A DNA stretch of 64,000 nucleotides from Sphagnum compactum (Eukaryota): positions 20,946,213 to 21,010,212 of the forward strand of contig OZ234493.1 of assembly GCA_965153455.1 (NCBI GenBank), read 5' to 3'. The position numbers and the translations under genes were made by a program. The notes beneath the pieces were generated by a model, which was not told where the DNA came from, did not search any database, and saw nothing but the letters and a program-made list of their open reading frames with translations. This document shows, in pieces, positions 1-12,870 of the stretch. How positions within the stretch are numbered: position 1 is the first letter of the stretch; every line of letters starts with the position of its first letter.

Positions 1-3000
1 AAGATTTGACCAAGGAGAATACAAAAAATGTGGCTATATGGACAAGTTTTAGAGAACACGTCATTGGTGGACCAATCATCTTTTCTTGAAAATTTTGAAA
101 AGATATGCAAAAAGTTAACTTGTTGGACCCAAATGATATGATAAAAAACAAAGAAAAGTTTCTTTGGTTCCATGGATCAACAAAATCACACTTAATTACA
201 TCAAGGACCATTTCATTTTATAATTTTAATGACAATTGTTTCTTGACTTTTAGTGATGACTTACCGTGGAGAAATATTAAGATATGGAATTTTGCTAAAC
301 TTTCTTATTTTTTATATGATTCTTGCATTAGAGATTAATATTTCTAAAAAATCTCAGAATTATTATTATTTTGTTTTAAGGACTTTGCCATTGTATGCTC
401 ATTTTTTGATTAAAAAACTTGAAGTTATGATTTATTAGAAAGGAAAAGAGGGATGTAAAATATTTAAGCAAAAGATGATATCATAAACTTTCGATAATTA
501 TGTGAATAGAATGAACATAAGTAGATAAATACACAGCAATTGTAGCAAGTGAAATTATATTCATTATAATTAGTTGCTAAAGATAATGCAAACCAAAAAA
601 ATTATTAATGAGTTTACAAGTTGGAAACTATGTTGAAAACAACTTTGTTAGAAAAAAAAATTATTAAAGATTATCCAAAATTGGAAGCACAATTTTAAGG
701 CATTTAAAGTTGATTTTGAACAACACATATCTATATTGGCAATATAAACTACCAACATCTATGGTTTTAAATTTTTTTTAAGTCATTAATTTTAAGTTTG
801 CTGGATGACACAAAACCTCATATAAACAGTAAAAATGAATTATAAATGATGAATGAAATATGTTGTTCATGGATGAAATTTACCACAACTACACAATTGT
901 TTCAAGATGGATGGAATGTGATGATACAAACAAATTCATTCATTCATATGAAATTTTCAATACATAAGACTTGAATGAAATTGAACTTCAAGAATAAAAC
1001 TATTTAAAAAGGGTAAAATTAGCGTATATGGATTAAAAAAAGATGATTATAAATGATTCAGTGTATTGCATGGGTGAAATTGAATTTCATAAACAAAAGT
1101 AACTCATCTTGAAATTAAGATGAATGATGAAAGGTATCACATGGATGAAATTACTTGAATGAAAAATACACACCTATGAATGAAACTAGATTCAAGGATG
1201 AAAAATGACATGAAAGGACATATACATGCAATGTTAGTATATATAATCAAAAACTTTACAATACTTGAAATTGTTGACATTTTTATGAAGCACTAGATTT
1301 GGCAATTGAAGGTGTTTCGAGCACATATGAATGCCAACTAATTGGGTATAATTTCATTATAACATTTTCCCCCAAGCAAGTGATTTAGAACTCACATGAA
1401 CATTGGTACCAAAAAAAAGAACAAAAAAACCTTCTCCAACCTTTTTGGGGGGCAGGGGTGCTTGGGCTTTTGCTTCCTAGGGGTTTTGGGGGTACTTTTT
1501 CTTTTCTTTTCTTTTGGAATGGCTCCCTCTTTGCATCCCTCGTTAATTCGAAATACCCTTTGTCTTCATTGTTTTGACCTTTACATTTTAAGTAGCCTCT
1601 CGAGCATGTCAAAAGTGCTCACCCTCTTGCTAACCTAGTTTCCCAAGCTAATTAGGATGTTTTGTCTTTGTAGATGCTTCTCCTCTTGTGGTTTTCCCTG
1701 ATTCTATTCCTCTTGTTTTTTGGGGTTGGCTTCAGGATCAGTCTAATTCCATTTTGGGGTTATTTGAGTTTTGTTTTGCATGCCTTCGTTTGTTTCATAG
1801 GATCCTTTGAGCCATTTAGGACGAGGTCAAGCAAACTTTTTGCTTACCCCTTGACCGAATTGCTCAAAACCCAACAGACAAATTAGCATGGTTCCTATTC
1901 CTCATGTTGCCCCATTGGTGTTTGCATTATACTCGAGGAGGTCATTCAAGTAAATGAAAGGTTTTTGCTTATTTCAAGAGGTTTATGGTGAGTGATTGGT
2001 CTTTTCTCCAAGAGGTGTCTTCATGTGCTTCATGTGCGTCCCATTCTCACCACTCATGAGAAGATTCTTTGGTCATTCATTTTTGCCGATGTCTAACTTT
2101 AAAGAGAGCTAGTGAGTACAATCACGCTGCCATAGCTCTCTAGCCTATGACGCCAGCTATTCCTTCAAAGGACACTGTTGCTACCTTACGCTAATTGCAC
2201 CCCCTCCTTCAAACCTTGTCCTTCCACCTAGTTTTGACTATTAGCTTGAACACATTTTTGTCCTAAATAGGACTATATTTGCTCAAGCCTTAAACATTAT
2301 TCTTCATTTTTTTTGGGTGGATTTTCTAAGATGGGATATGAACATTTCTCAGGATGTTTCATACTAAAATACCCATCCTCATGGATTTTGGAATTATTCC
2401 AAGTTGCTACTGTTGTTGCATGTGGGGATATCCTTAGGTCGATGGCCCTAGTGCTGGGGGCTAATAAATTGTTGGCAATGGCCAAGGACAATGGTGGTCT
2501 TTGTCTTATCGCCATGGGTGAAGTGTTTCTTCAATTTATTAGTCGTTCCAATATCCTACAACTTTGGGGGTCATTTCAAGAACACCTATCCCCTCATCAG
2601 TTTGGAATATTGACCCTTGGAGCTTATGAGGCCATCTTTTTTAGCATCCGAACCCTCTTTGACCTACACCCTAATTGGGCCGTGATGCAGATTGATGTCG
2701 AAAACGTTTTTAATAACGTTTCTCCAGTTGTTATTTTTAGAAAATTGTGTGATGTCAGGGGGTCGTTGGTGAATATTATCCCCTTTACTAGGTTGTTTTA
2801 TGGTGTTCATTTTTCTCTTTATTACCCACATGGGCAACATGTGGAAAGGGTCACCACTATTGAATCATCTTCAAGCACGAGGCAAGGTGACCCCCTAGGA
2901 AGTATTGTATTTGCTTTAGCCCATTATGAAGCTCTCCTAAAGACCATCGCAGAGACCTCCGGCTATGTCTTTCCATCCTTATCAAATGATATACACATCA

Positions 3001-3807
3001 TGGGGCTATAAATGAAATTACCCACGCCTTTGACCACCTTTAGACCCAATTAGCCCTAGTTAGGCTTAGGGTCAAGGTGGTAAAATGCAATCTTTGTAGT
3101 CCATCAAGGTTATTTCTAAGCATAAATATTTTTTAGGGCTACACTTTGCTCACATATGGCTTACACATTTTGTGTGTGCTAGTGGGTTCTTAGGACTTTG
3201 CCACGCATTTTTTAAATGAAGCTTTATCTTAGGACGTGGCGCATATTGATGGTCTTTCTCTCTTGGGAGACGCCCAGGTTACTTTGGGCATTTTGTCCTC
3301 ATGTGTAATTTGTTAACCTTCTTATCTCACACGGACATTACTTCTTTTTTTCTTCTTATCTCTTTTAGCGAGTTTTGAGAAAAATTATGTAGGTATGTGG
3401 GGACATTATGGGTCTAAGATCGTGGGATTCTTTTCAGGGCCTTTTATTGGTATAGGCGTTAGGTTCAACTACCAATGTCCTTTAGTGGTATAGGTATTTT
3501 CTCTATGGAGGATTGTGCCCCATCTGCTTTTCTAGGGAGTTAGGTTCTAGTGGCTTTGTATTTGTGCTCTAGGTTTCGTATTTTCGATAAACCCATTTTG
3601 GAAAAGTATGTTTCTCAAATTGAAGGGGACCCACACCTACTTCAATCATGCCTATGTGTAGCTCGAGATGGCCCTCCTTTTGCAATTAAGGAGATGCACC
3701 GTTCTTTTTAGAGTTTGACAATTACCGACACCCACGTCTACAAGCATCTTTGATGGACATCCACCATGAAACATCCCTTAGGTCTATATTGGAGGATGAT
3801 TCCATTT

Positions 3808-5824
3808 TGTCGCAACCCCACTTTGGGCAAAGTGTGAGGATGCAATTCACACTCCCAAAGTTGGGGACTTGGAGTCCTCCGGGACTCCCGAACATTCAGA
3901 GCTCGATTGCAAAGGTCAAAACACCTCGCATTGAGATGTTCTTTATATCAATGGAAAGGTCTTGAAGTGTAGATGTCGAAAATGGCCTTGCATGGGCCAT
4001 TTGGACATTTGCAGCCTAAGTTATGGGCAAAAGAAAGGCTGAGAGTCAAACTGGCATTAAAAGACTCCCGACCACTAAAAGTCGGGAATCGATTTGATCC
4101 CGGTGTGTGCAGGTGGATTGTTAATGTATAAGTGTTAATTGTAAATATCCTTGTTGGTTTAATTGGTCAAACAAAGTTCAGTTCCCAGTTCATAAAGGGT
4201 TCTTTTAGGAAAGTAATCACTAGCTTTGCCAAACTATGTGTTTTGAATCCACCAACTCTTTAACATGCATCACACGCTCTACAATATTTTGTGGCATCAT
4301 GAAACCATGTGGGCCCACCAGTAATCGACATTTAGGATCTTCTTGGTAATAACATTTGTGGCAAATTTTCCACCTATAAATCCATTGTGGAGCTCCCATA
4401 ATATATTTTGTGTTTCATTTGTGGTTACACAATGTCATAATATATTATCTTGACCCATCTGATACAATATTCCATCCTATACTGTTAAAGGTTCTGCTTT
4501 TTTTTGCCAACCTCTACGTCTAACCTCTAGTGTCCATATAAATTATTTTGTATTCCTCATGAATTTAGTAATTGGGGCCATTATGAATGCAAAATTCATG
4601 ACGAAACATTTATAAAACTGGCCCATTTCATTGAATACCACAATCAATTATGGATTTTTGGGAACATGCATTTAAAATATGGCTTGGATTTTCTTAGGTA
4701 ATGGTAATTTACCCTCCTTGGAAACTATAAATCCCAATATCATCCTTGAAAATACCATGAATGCACACTTATTAGGATTTGGGGTAATCCCAAATTCTCT
4801 ACATTTCTAAAAACACAATTTGAATTTAACTAGATGAGTATCCATGTCATTTACATAGTGAAATCATCCAAAAAATTTCATGTGAATTTGCCCAAATAAT
4901 TTGTAAAGGTTATACTCACTACTCTCTGATAAGTAGGAGGTCCATTTTTCACTCCAAATGGTAAAATTACCCGAGTAAAGGCTCCCCAATCTATTACAAA
5001 AGTTATCTTGTATTTATTTTCTAATGTCATAGATATCCAATGATATCCAAAGTATCCATTTAAGAAAGAATATGCATCATTCCCTACCATTGTGTTCAAA
5101 AGCTCATTTGTATTTAAGGAAATGGATATGGATATTTTTTTGTGGTTGCATTCAGTTTTTTAAAGTTTACACATATTTTGAACTTTCCATTCTTCTTGGG
5201 CACTACCACAATTGATGACAACCAAGTGGCTTCTTCTACGAGTTGTATAAATCCTATCACTAACAATTTGTCTATGTTTTGTTCAATGGTTGTAGCATGG
5301 TTTGGATTTATTCTATACTTGGCTTGATGTGGTAAAGATCTCGAGGAGAGCTACAACTTTGGTTTAGACCTCATTCCAATCGGAGGTCAGAGCTGGGAGA
5401 TATGAGCTCCCAAAGTCCCGGGAGTCCAAATCAGGACAGTTTCGGGACTCCTCCTTGGGAGTCCCGGGAAAAAGTGCCATTCGGATGTAGCCTCGGCGGA
5501 GAGCTGCAGAGAATACTATGTGGGGGAAGGTGGTGGCTTCCCCCGAGTCCGGGTTGTGGTGAGTCAAGTGAGTCCAAGGTTGCCCGTGGCTTGTCCTAGC
5601 ACCAAAGTGATCCAGAAAGTGGTCTAACCAACTTGTGTTGGTTTTGATGTAGATTTGAGTAGGTGAAAAGCTTGTCACTCCTCCTAGTCCATCCCGAGGC
5701 TTCAACACGACCCTCTACCCCTTTTAGTGTTGAAGGCTGGGAGCGTGCCTCGAGTCCTTCTATTTTCCGTAACTTGAACAAGTTAGTCCAACTTGGGACT
5801 AACTAGGGACTTGGGAGCGCGTCA
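3808..5824 (+). mobile_element. LTR-retrotransposon solo-LTR-like insertion with 5-bp TSD
   Basis: Starts TGTCGCAACC and ends GCGCGTCA (TG...CA). Flanked by the direct repeat CATTT (3803-3807, 5825-5829). Removing it plus one TSD rejoins the host frame (ILEDDSI-SSASRARI). LTR-like sequence at 3808-~4120 and ~5331-5824. Confidence 0.85.
4121..5330 (-). pseudogene. Ty3/Gypsy pol fragment (RT, then integrase zinc-finger region; RNase H apparently deleted)
   Basis: Minus-strand translation gives SSIVVVPKKNGKFKICVNFKKLN, SFLNGYFGYH, LPFGVKNGPPTYQR, FLDD and LGFIVSKEG, then ILWELHNG..GG.F and YWW. Stops and frameshifts present. Confidence 0.85.
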
Positions 5825-7082
5825 CATTTCCTCAGCATCTAGAGCCCGCATTTGTTTTTGTTTGGTAAGGGGGCAGGGCTATGGTTGGTTGCTAGGCCAT
5901 TTATTTATTCATTTCGCATTGCACACTCTACTTTCACCTCAAAATTGTATTTTCGTCTTGGTTTGATTTAGCCCTCGGCGTCTAGTTTTTTCATGTGTGA
6001 GTGTGGACACAAATTGGACGCATTTGGCATGCACTTAACTCATTGTTCGTTTAAAGGTCAACGAATAACCACACATGACGTCATCCAAGATGTCATGTAT
6101 GCCCCCATTCGAGAAAGTGGGCACATTGTATGGAAAGAGCGGTGGTACACCTTTACATTAGGAGAGTTGATCTCTACATGACTCGAGAGGGCCAAGTCTT
6201 TGTTGTCGATGTGGCGGTTACTGACCCAACACAAAAAACAATGGCTTCAAATGTCATTAATCGACCAATAGGTGTAATTGCGAAACTTAGTGCCATTGCT
6301 AAGATCCACAAATATAGAGGGCTTCATGAACACCATTTTATTCCGATGGCCATGGAGGTGCATGGCGCACCCGGGTGTGATATGGATCGTTTCATCAAGG
6401 AATGTGTCTATCTTTTCCACGATAAACAATTAGGAGGTCATTTATCCTTGTCTTTTTGCATTCAATTTTTCAAGCAGTGTGTTAGTATTCCTCTTTAGCG
6501 TGCTTTAACCTTTACTATAGAAAGGAAGATTATGTTAGCAGGTGATGTTTTTTCTAGACCTCCCATTCTTATTAGATCTCACAATTTGCATGCAAATGAC
6601 ATTAGAAGGGTTGTGGGTGAAATAGTTTCCTACCACGAGAAGACTAACTCTTTCCTTTTTTTTAAATTTTTGGTTCTTGTGGTTTGTGCATCTTTTGGCC
6701 TTTCTTTGGCCTTCCCTTTTTGTCTCCCTATGGTGATTGTTCCGGCCATCAATCTTTTATTGAATTTTTGTGTTAAATGCAATTAGTAAACAACCCTAAT
6801 GAACTTGGAAAAAATTCCTTTGTAATTTGGGGGACATGCCCAAGTACAATTGGGTTGATTCCGATCAATCTCAGCCATACAAACTATGAATCTCACTAAG
6901 AAGGCCATACTATCATGGCATTAGGCCCTAGGAACAACGGTTCAATTAATAAATAAACAAACAAATAAATTTTATTTCTCAATTTATTTCTCAATCCTTC
7001 AAAATCAGATCTAAATTTTTCCTTACATTAAAGTTTGAACCAAACCCTAATTAGGTTGGTAACTGGTAAATGGAAGACCCTG

Positions 7083-7683
7083 GTTTAAGTACGTACCCTG
7101 CCCTGCCCACCAGGCCTCCTGGGCACTATCTCCCACCTGGTTTTGGGCTTTTGATGGTTTGGGCAACCAAAAAAATTGTGCCCTGAAATTTTTTAATTAA
7201 AAAAACCCTAAATCTTACTTCATAACAGTAATTTTTAAAAATTCATATGTTTTGAATCATGTGGAAAAATATTTCTGCAAATGCAATAAATACACTTTGA
7301 ATAAAAATATGGATTTAATAAAAAAGAATTTGGCGACAATTTTTTTTGGTTGCCCGGGAGATAGTGCCCGAGTCAGAAAGCCCGTGGCGGTAAACGTGAA
7401 AAAAATACACAGTAACTAGGTACTAGGTAAATGGCGGAGGGGCAGAAATTGTTCGTAGGGTAAAAACGTAAAACGCAAAAACCCAAGTTTTCACCACGGC
7501 CCCCATCCCAACCCCCGTTTCCTCCGGTTTCCCCTGCCCCACCCCCCCGCCTTGCCCGTGGCGCGTGCCGGCGGTAAAGACGCACGTGCCGACAGGACAG
7601 GCGCGGCGCAAGTGTGCCGGGCGGGGGCCGGGGTGTAGGCGGGAAACCGGCCGGGTAAATGACGGGTTGGATATGTACTAAAC
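7083..7683. mobile_element. Probable MITE / fold-back element upstream of TMEM230
   Basis: Imperfect outer inverted repeats (GTTTAAGTACGTACCCTGCCC at 7083 vs GGGTTGGATATGTACTAAAC at ~7664). Inner pair: GGGCACTATCTCC..GGGCAACCAAAAAAATTGT (7121-7179) vs ACAATTTTTTTTGGTTGCCCGGGAGATAGTGCCC (7336-7369). No clear TSD. Confidence 0.45.
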
Positions 7684-8399
7684 GGAAACGGGGGGGAGGG
7701 GGACCCGGGGAAAGAACGGTCGTCGTCTTCTCCGTTTTGTCAGCTCCTTCTTGGCTTTCCGCGTTCCGAGCAGTTCCGTCTTCTGTGTACTACAACAGCG
7801 TCTTCTATTCCTCTTCCTCTCCTCTTGCTTCTTGCGATTCTCGTCTCCGTCTCCATCTCGTAGTTACTGTCTGCTTCTGTGGCTTTCGTTTGAACCATTT
7901 TTTGTTCCTTCTTTTTGAGTTTCCGTGGAGAACTTTAAACTTTAATTCCGTTCGTTACTCCTTTTTTTGTGCGCCTGGCGCCCTTTTAGCGAGCATTTGG
8001 CTAGCGCCTAACGCTTTCTGGCCCCTTCTTCCTTGTGTTAGAAATTTGGCTTTCTGTTGCTTTCGGGATAGGTGGTTAACGGGGGTTATTGTATGGGATT
8101 TTGTACCCATTTTGCAGTTTAATTTTTTTTTTTGCTGCTGTTGAGCCTCGAGGAAGCCCGTGAGAAGGAGTTAAGTGTCGCTTAGTGTTTCGGCTGTGTT
8201 TGTTTGGAAGCAAATTTGGAACACTAGCTTTCGAGGAGGAGTCATTGTTTGTTTTTTACAACTGCGACTCTGCTTTCTCCGTGTTACGGCGGCAGGCTTT
8301 GGAGACTCGGCGCAGCGAAGAGAGGTAGCGCTGTGAGGGTTTTGTCAAAGCGGAGGACGAGGCTATTGTCGAAATTGTCGTGGAGGCTTAGGGTAGTCT

Positions 8400-8403
<4 letters not shown>

Positions 8404-8438
<35 letters not shown>
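8404..8438 (+). repeat. (GA)n microsatellite just upstream of the TMEM230 ATG
   Basis: About 17 perfect GA units. Confidence 0.95.
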
Positions 8439-8441
<3 letters not shown>

Positions 8442-8461
8442 GAGGAACGGGAACGGAAGAA

Positions 8462-9293
8462 ATGGAAGAACGTACACACGTGCGCTACTCCGCGTTGTCT
8501 ATGCAAGATGACCACAGAGATCGTCCACTGAAAGGGCGTCCAACATCGGCTCATGAAGACCTACGTTACAGGTTCGAGCTTCATGAGGATGTGCCATGGA
8601 AGTCCATAGCACTTGCCCTGTTCCTGTTAGCTTTCGGCTCTTTGTTTCTTGTTATTTCGCATTTCATCTACACGGAGCATATGGGAGGCGACTCGTCCCA
8701 GGCCTACGGCTTCCTGGTTCTCGGAGTGCTACTTTTTCTTCCTGGTAAGCAGATCATCCTTATGCTGATGACAATGCTGCTGACTTCTTGTTTTTGCGTC
8801 AGTGATTTTTCGCTCTTCTACTGGTCGGCCCGGGATTCGAGGTTTTGCTTGCATTCGCATAGCATCGTTTTATGTAGCCCTAGAAATTCAAATAAGCACT
8901 GGAGAAGTAGATTTCTAGGATGCATAGCTCTCTGGCTAAGGAGATCTTGGAGGTACCGTTCAACTGGCACTTGCCTATGCATCTCAGACCTTGCTGCAGC
9001 AAGTGTGTAAAACATATGGGTAGTCAGAAACAGATGGGACTTTGACATTGCAAAAGTTTGCAAAAGGCTCTCCCCAGTTCAATTACACCGTTCACTTTTC
9101 TTGGCTACATCAGGTTTTAACTCTAATCTCTCCTTGTTGTTGCAATCTATCTTCTTCAATAATTGTAGCTGCAGTGACTTTTGCTTACGGTGTTGTGCTG
9201 TGCACCCTGACAGGTTTCTATGAGACTAGAATAGCATACTACTCTTGGCGGGGATACAAAGGGTATTCTTACTCTCGCATTCCAGCATACTGA
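8462..9293 (+). CDS. TMEM230: Transmembrane protein 230 family (DUF872), 2 coding exons
   Basis: Exons 8462-8744 and 9214-9293, GT-AG intron in phase 1. Spliced product ...VPWKSIALALFLLAFG...[38 protein letters not shown] matches the family signature. Confidence 0.92.
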
Positions 9294-12200
9294 TTGTTTG
9301 CTAAAGAAAGCTTGAAGTTTTTCCCTGCGGTACCCAGCCAGCCAGCCAGCCATTCAGTGGAATCGACAAATGGACATCTTCTACCATGGGACAAGAGGCT
9401 AGGACTGGGTGGTTGTCTCGATGACAAAATACATTATGTAGTATGGGCCAGTCAGGCAATTTGCACCCAGACCAGGAAGATTGGGAATGTCAGAACATAT
9501 CTGTGTATTTCCTCTGCTCCCAAGAAAACAGTTTTGATTGCTATCTTGTATGAAATACTCAGGAACCCTTTTTTTTGGTTGGCCCTGGTTGTTGAACTAG
9601 GGTTGGTATGCTTTGAACAGTAAAAGCTGTAATTGCAATTAGGCTCAGTATGCTTGAACAGTTAAAGCTGTATTTATTCATGGTTTTCAAGGTGAGAACT
9701 AAATTTTGGTTGAAGTTGACAAGAGAATATGGTTTTGTTTGCAGATGTTGGTTCCATTTTCAATTGCTAGATTGTGTTGGAAGTTTTAATTTGGTGCCCC
9801 AGATGTTGAATTGAGAAATTTTGCTGCTTCTTCAACTACTTTGTCAATGATCTTCATGTTCTAAAAACTTGGTTGACATGGTATGCATTCTGTTTTCACC
9901 ATAGAAGTTTCATGCACTAGAAAGCATTTCTTTCTTTGGTCAATCGTGTGAAAGCAAAATTTGTCTTTCATTCTGGTATAATACCTAATAGCAGCTCTTC
10001 ATAAACTACCCATGATTGGTAATTGTCAGTTCATTGTTAAATCCTTAGATTCAGACTCCCATTCCATAGAAGCTTTTTCTAGTAGTTGTTGCAGTTGGTC
10101 AAACTGCTTGCTAGTCCATCATAATTTAATGGCATGCGCATACTCGGTTAATGTGAGCCATTAGAATTACTTACAGAGCATTTTATGAAGCTTGCCAGCA
10201 ACACAGATTCAACCATGCCATTAGAAATCTTCAGTGGCTGAGTGCTTCATATTTCTTGAAACTGAACCCCCAAATTTTTAGACTGCAAAAAACCCAAATG
10301 AGAAAAAGTCTGCTTTACTCCACTGATGACAGGGGAGCAGCAATGGGAAGAAGATCCAAAGCATGGCTGACAAACAATTAGATGTACAGTTGTGGGTACC
10401 CCATTACACAAGTTACCACCACTTCTTTAGCTCTTCTTCCACACATGGTTGGACAAAGTCTGCATAGGGAAATGGGAAAGACTGTCATTCACCTTCACCA
10501 ACAAAATCTTACTCGAATTGACAGACTGGACCTCAGATGATATCTGAATGTGAGTGTTTTACCAACAAGTTAGCTGGTGGCGAGTGGATGAAGAAGAACA
10601 CTCCTTACAGATCTTTTGATCCAAAAAATTTATAAGAGGGAGACACCTGTGTTGTACTGGTAAATAGGGTGCCTGGGTGTATGGTAATGGTATGAGTACT
10701 GATATTGCAGAACACAGCAATCAGGTATAACCTGAGGCAATACCGACCTTAGAGCATTCTCCACCAACATTCAGTATGTGACCCTGCAAAAATATTTCTC
10801 ACATCCAAGTTTTAAAATATTTCTCAGATCCAAGTTTTAGTTACAAACTTTTTTCGAACCCCACCCATAAAACTGAAACTGGGACTGCAAGTAGGTGGGA
10901 GACTACTAATAGCAAACCACTGGGACCAATCAAACTAACTAAGCTGAAGAGAAACAAGGAGTGGTCAGATTTGACGGCGTTTATTAAACTGTTGCAAGTC
11001 TCGTCCAGGGCTCTGAAAGCTGTGCAATTTTTCAGGGTCACAGTAGTCTTCCAGTGGATTCACCGAAGTTGGCTCATGAACCTCATCCAAGATTTCCAGT
11101 GCAGAGTCACATACTGAGCTTTGGTGGACATGCTCTTCCATACTAGTACCAGTCTGTGATATGGGACCTGAGGCAATATGAAGTACATACTTGTCTTCTA
11201 CCAGTTTCTACCTGCCCTATGCAGGCCAAAATCAGCCTTTGGACCTAATACCAGTTCCAGACTGATATGAAAGTAGAGGGTGGCGGCCAAACAGCAGGGT
11301 GTACCCAAAAGAAGCACCTCATCCTGAGGCGGAGCCAAAAGGCCAAAGGGTCAAATTCATAGGTAGGTATGCATTTTGTTCCCAAATGTGAAAGTTTGAT
11401 TCAGAAGCACTAGAAGCAAATGAATGTATCATGTAGATCATTGTATTCTACCTCTTACATGGTATCATGTGTTTTCTTACACGTTCATTAATATGGGTGT
11501 ACTGAAAGACAATGTGCAAACACCCATGAGATCGGTGGGTTTGATAACAAACAAAATGCAAAAGAGCAATTAATCATTCATCAATAGGGGAATAAGATTT
11601 AACTTTGATTCAAAAGTTTGCAACTATATTTTGTACATCCAACCATGGAAATTAGCAACATCACCCACAAATAAGGAGGAATATAATGTGATTATGTTGC
11701 AAACTTTCTGGATTAATACCTCATGTGTTGAAACAATCCAAAGCTTTACTATAGTAAATTTTATTCAAGAGAGACGATCGTAAACCAAAGGGTTGTAGGA
11801 GATTGCAAAAATGCCCTAAGAAGGGAAAGAACAAAGCAGCTCATGGTGTACCAGGGGCTCCTCTACCCTAATGGCGAGTTAATTCCCCATGAAGTTCCCC
11901 AAAAATGAGCTCATAGTTCATAGTGATAACAAACAACACCCACCAAACATTCCTCAAAATGTGGGACCAAATGAAAACTACATCAGTTCAAAGTCCAAAC
12001 CAGTGTTGAGCAGTTCTTTAGTCTTATGAAGAACCTCCACTTTGGTTCCAAAACCTAAAATTAGAACTATCACAGTTCCAGTTTCAACTCCACACATAAA
12101 TGAAACAGGAATCAATCCACCAGATTCCAGAACCAGTTCTTCCCGACAAAAATAATTTGATTCCAATTCTGATTCTGAAGATCAGATCCAGCTCTGGTCC

Positions 12201-12520
12201 AGTTCTTACTAATCCAGATGGGAACCAATGCCAGTTAACTCTGGTTCTAGTCACTTTCTTTTCTCAAAAACATATATTTCAAACCAGTGAAATAAGAGAT
12301 GTCTCGTGAAATTCTCAAAAAATGAACTCATAGTTCATACTAACAACAAACAATATACAAAATGTCTCATGAAATTCCCAAAAAATGAATTCATAGTTCG
12401 GAGGAGTACCGACAGACTATGTATATATCTGCTGAACAATTCCTCAAAATGTGGGACCACGTGAAAATTTACATCGTTGGAGTTCAGTAGGCTCTCCAGG
12501 ACAGGCAGAGCCAACAAACC

Positions 12521-12870
12521 AATCTTATGAAATCAGACCAATCTTACTAAATTAGAGCAATCTTGCAAATCCTCAATCTGTGGGACCAAATGAAAATTTA
12601 CATCATCAGTTCTGTAGTCTCTCCGGGACAGGCAGAGCCAACAAACCAATCTTATGAAATCAGACCAACCTTACAAACTTAGACCAATCTTACGAAATCA
12701 GACCCATCTTACAAACTTTGACCAATCCTATGAAATCAGACCAATCTTATGAACTTAGACCAATCTCATGAAATCAGACCAATCCTACAAACTTAGACCA
12801 ACCTTACGAGATCAGAGCAATCTTAAAAACTTAGACCAACCTTATGAAATCAGACAGATCTTAGGAAATC
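12521..12870 (+). repeat. 19-bp minisatellite (alternating AATCTTATGAAATCAGACC / AATCTTACAAACTTAGACC)
   Basis: About 11 degenerate units at 12650-12870, plus 2-3 units at 12521-12570 inside a local ~130-bp duplication. Confidence 0.9.

Larger units (their letters stand above)
2100..6790 (+). mobile_element. Decayed non-LTR retrotransposon of CRE-like type (RT + CCHC finger + restriction-like endonuclease), split by an LTR insertion at 3808-5824
   Basis: RT motifs in ORF 2313-3011 (IAMGE, QFG, D..NVFN, LFYG, RQGDPLG), with an upstream T.ATLR.LHP-like motif near 2170-2200. After the insertion come GAGLWL, CECG...HLTHC (5993-), and RRVDL..VVDVAVTDP..KIHKY..FIPMAMEVHG (6130-6498). Many stops and frameshifts; ends approximate. 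Confidence 0.8.

Noticed and set aside
105-438. Short overlapping ORFs at the window start
   Set aside because: No recognisable motif; AT-rich and probably decayed repeat.
8249-9010. 253-aa ORF from the ORF track
   Set aside because: Read-through of the 5' region (GA repeat) and intron. The real CDS is the spliced TMEM230.
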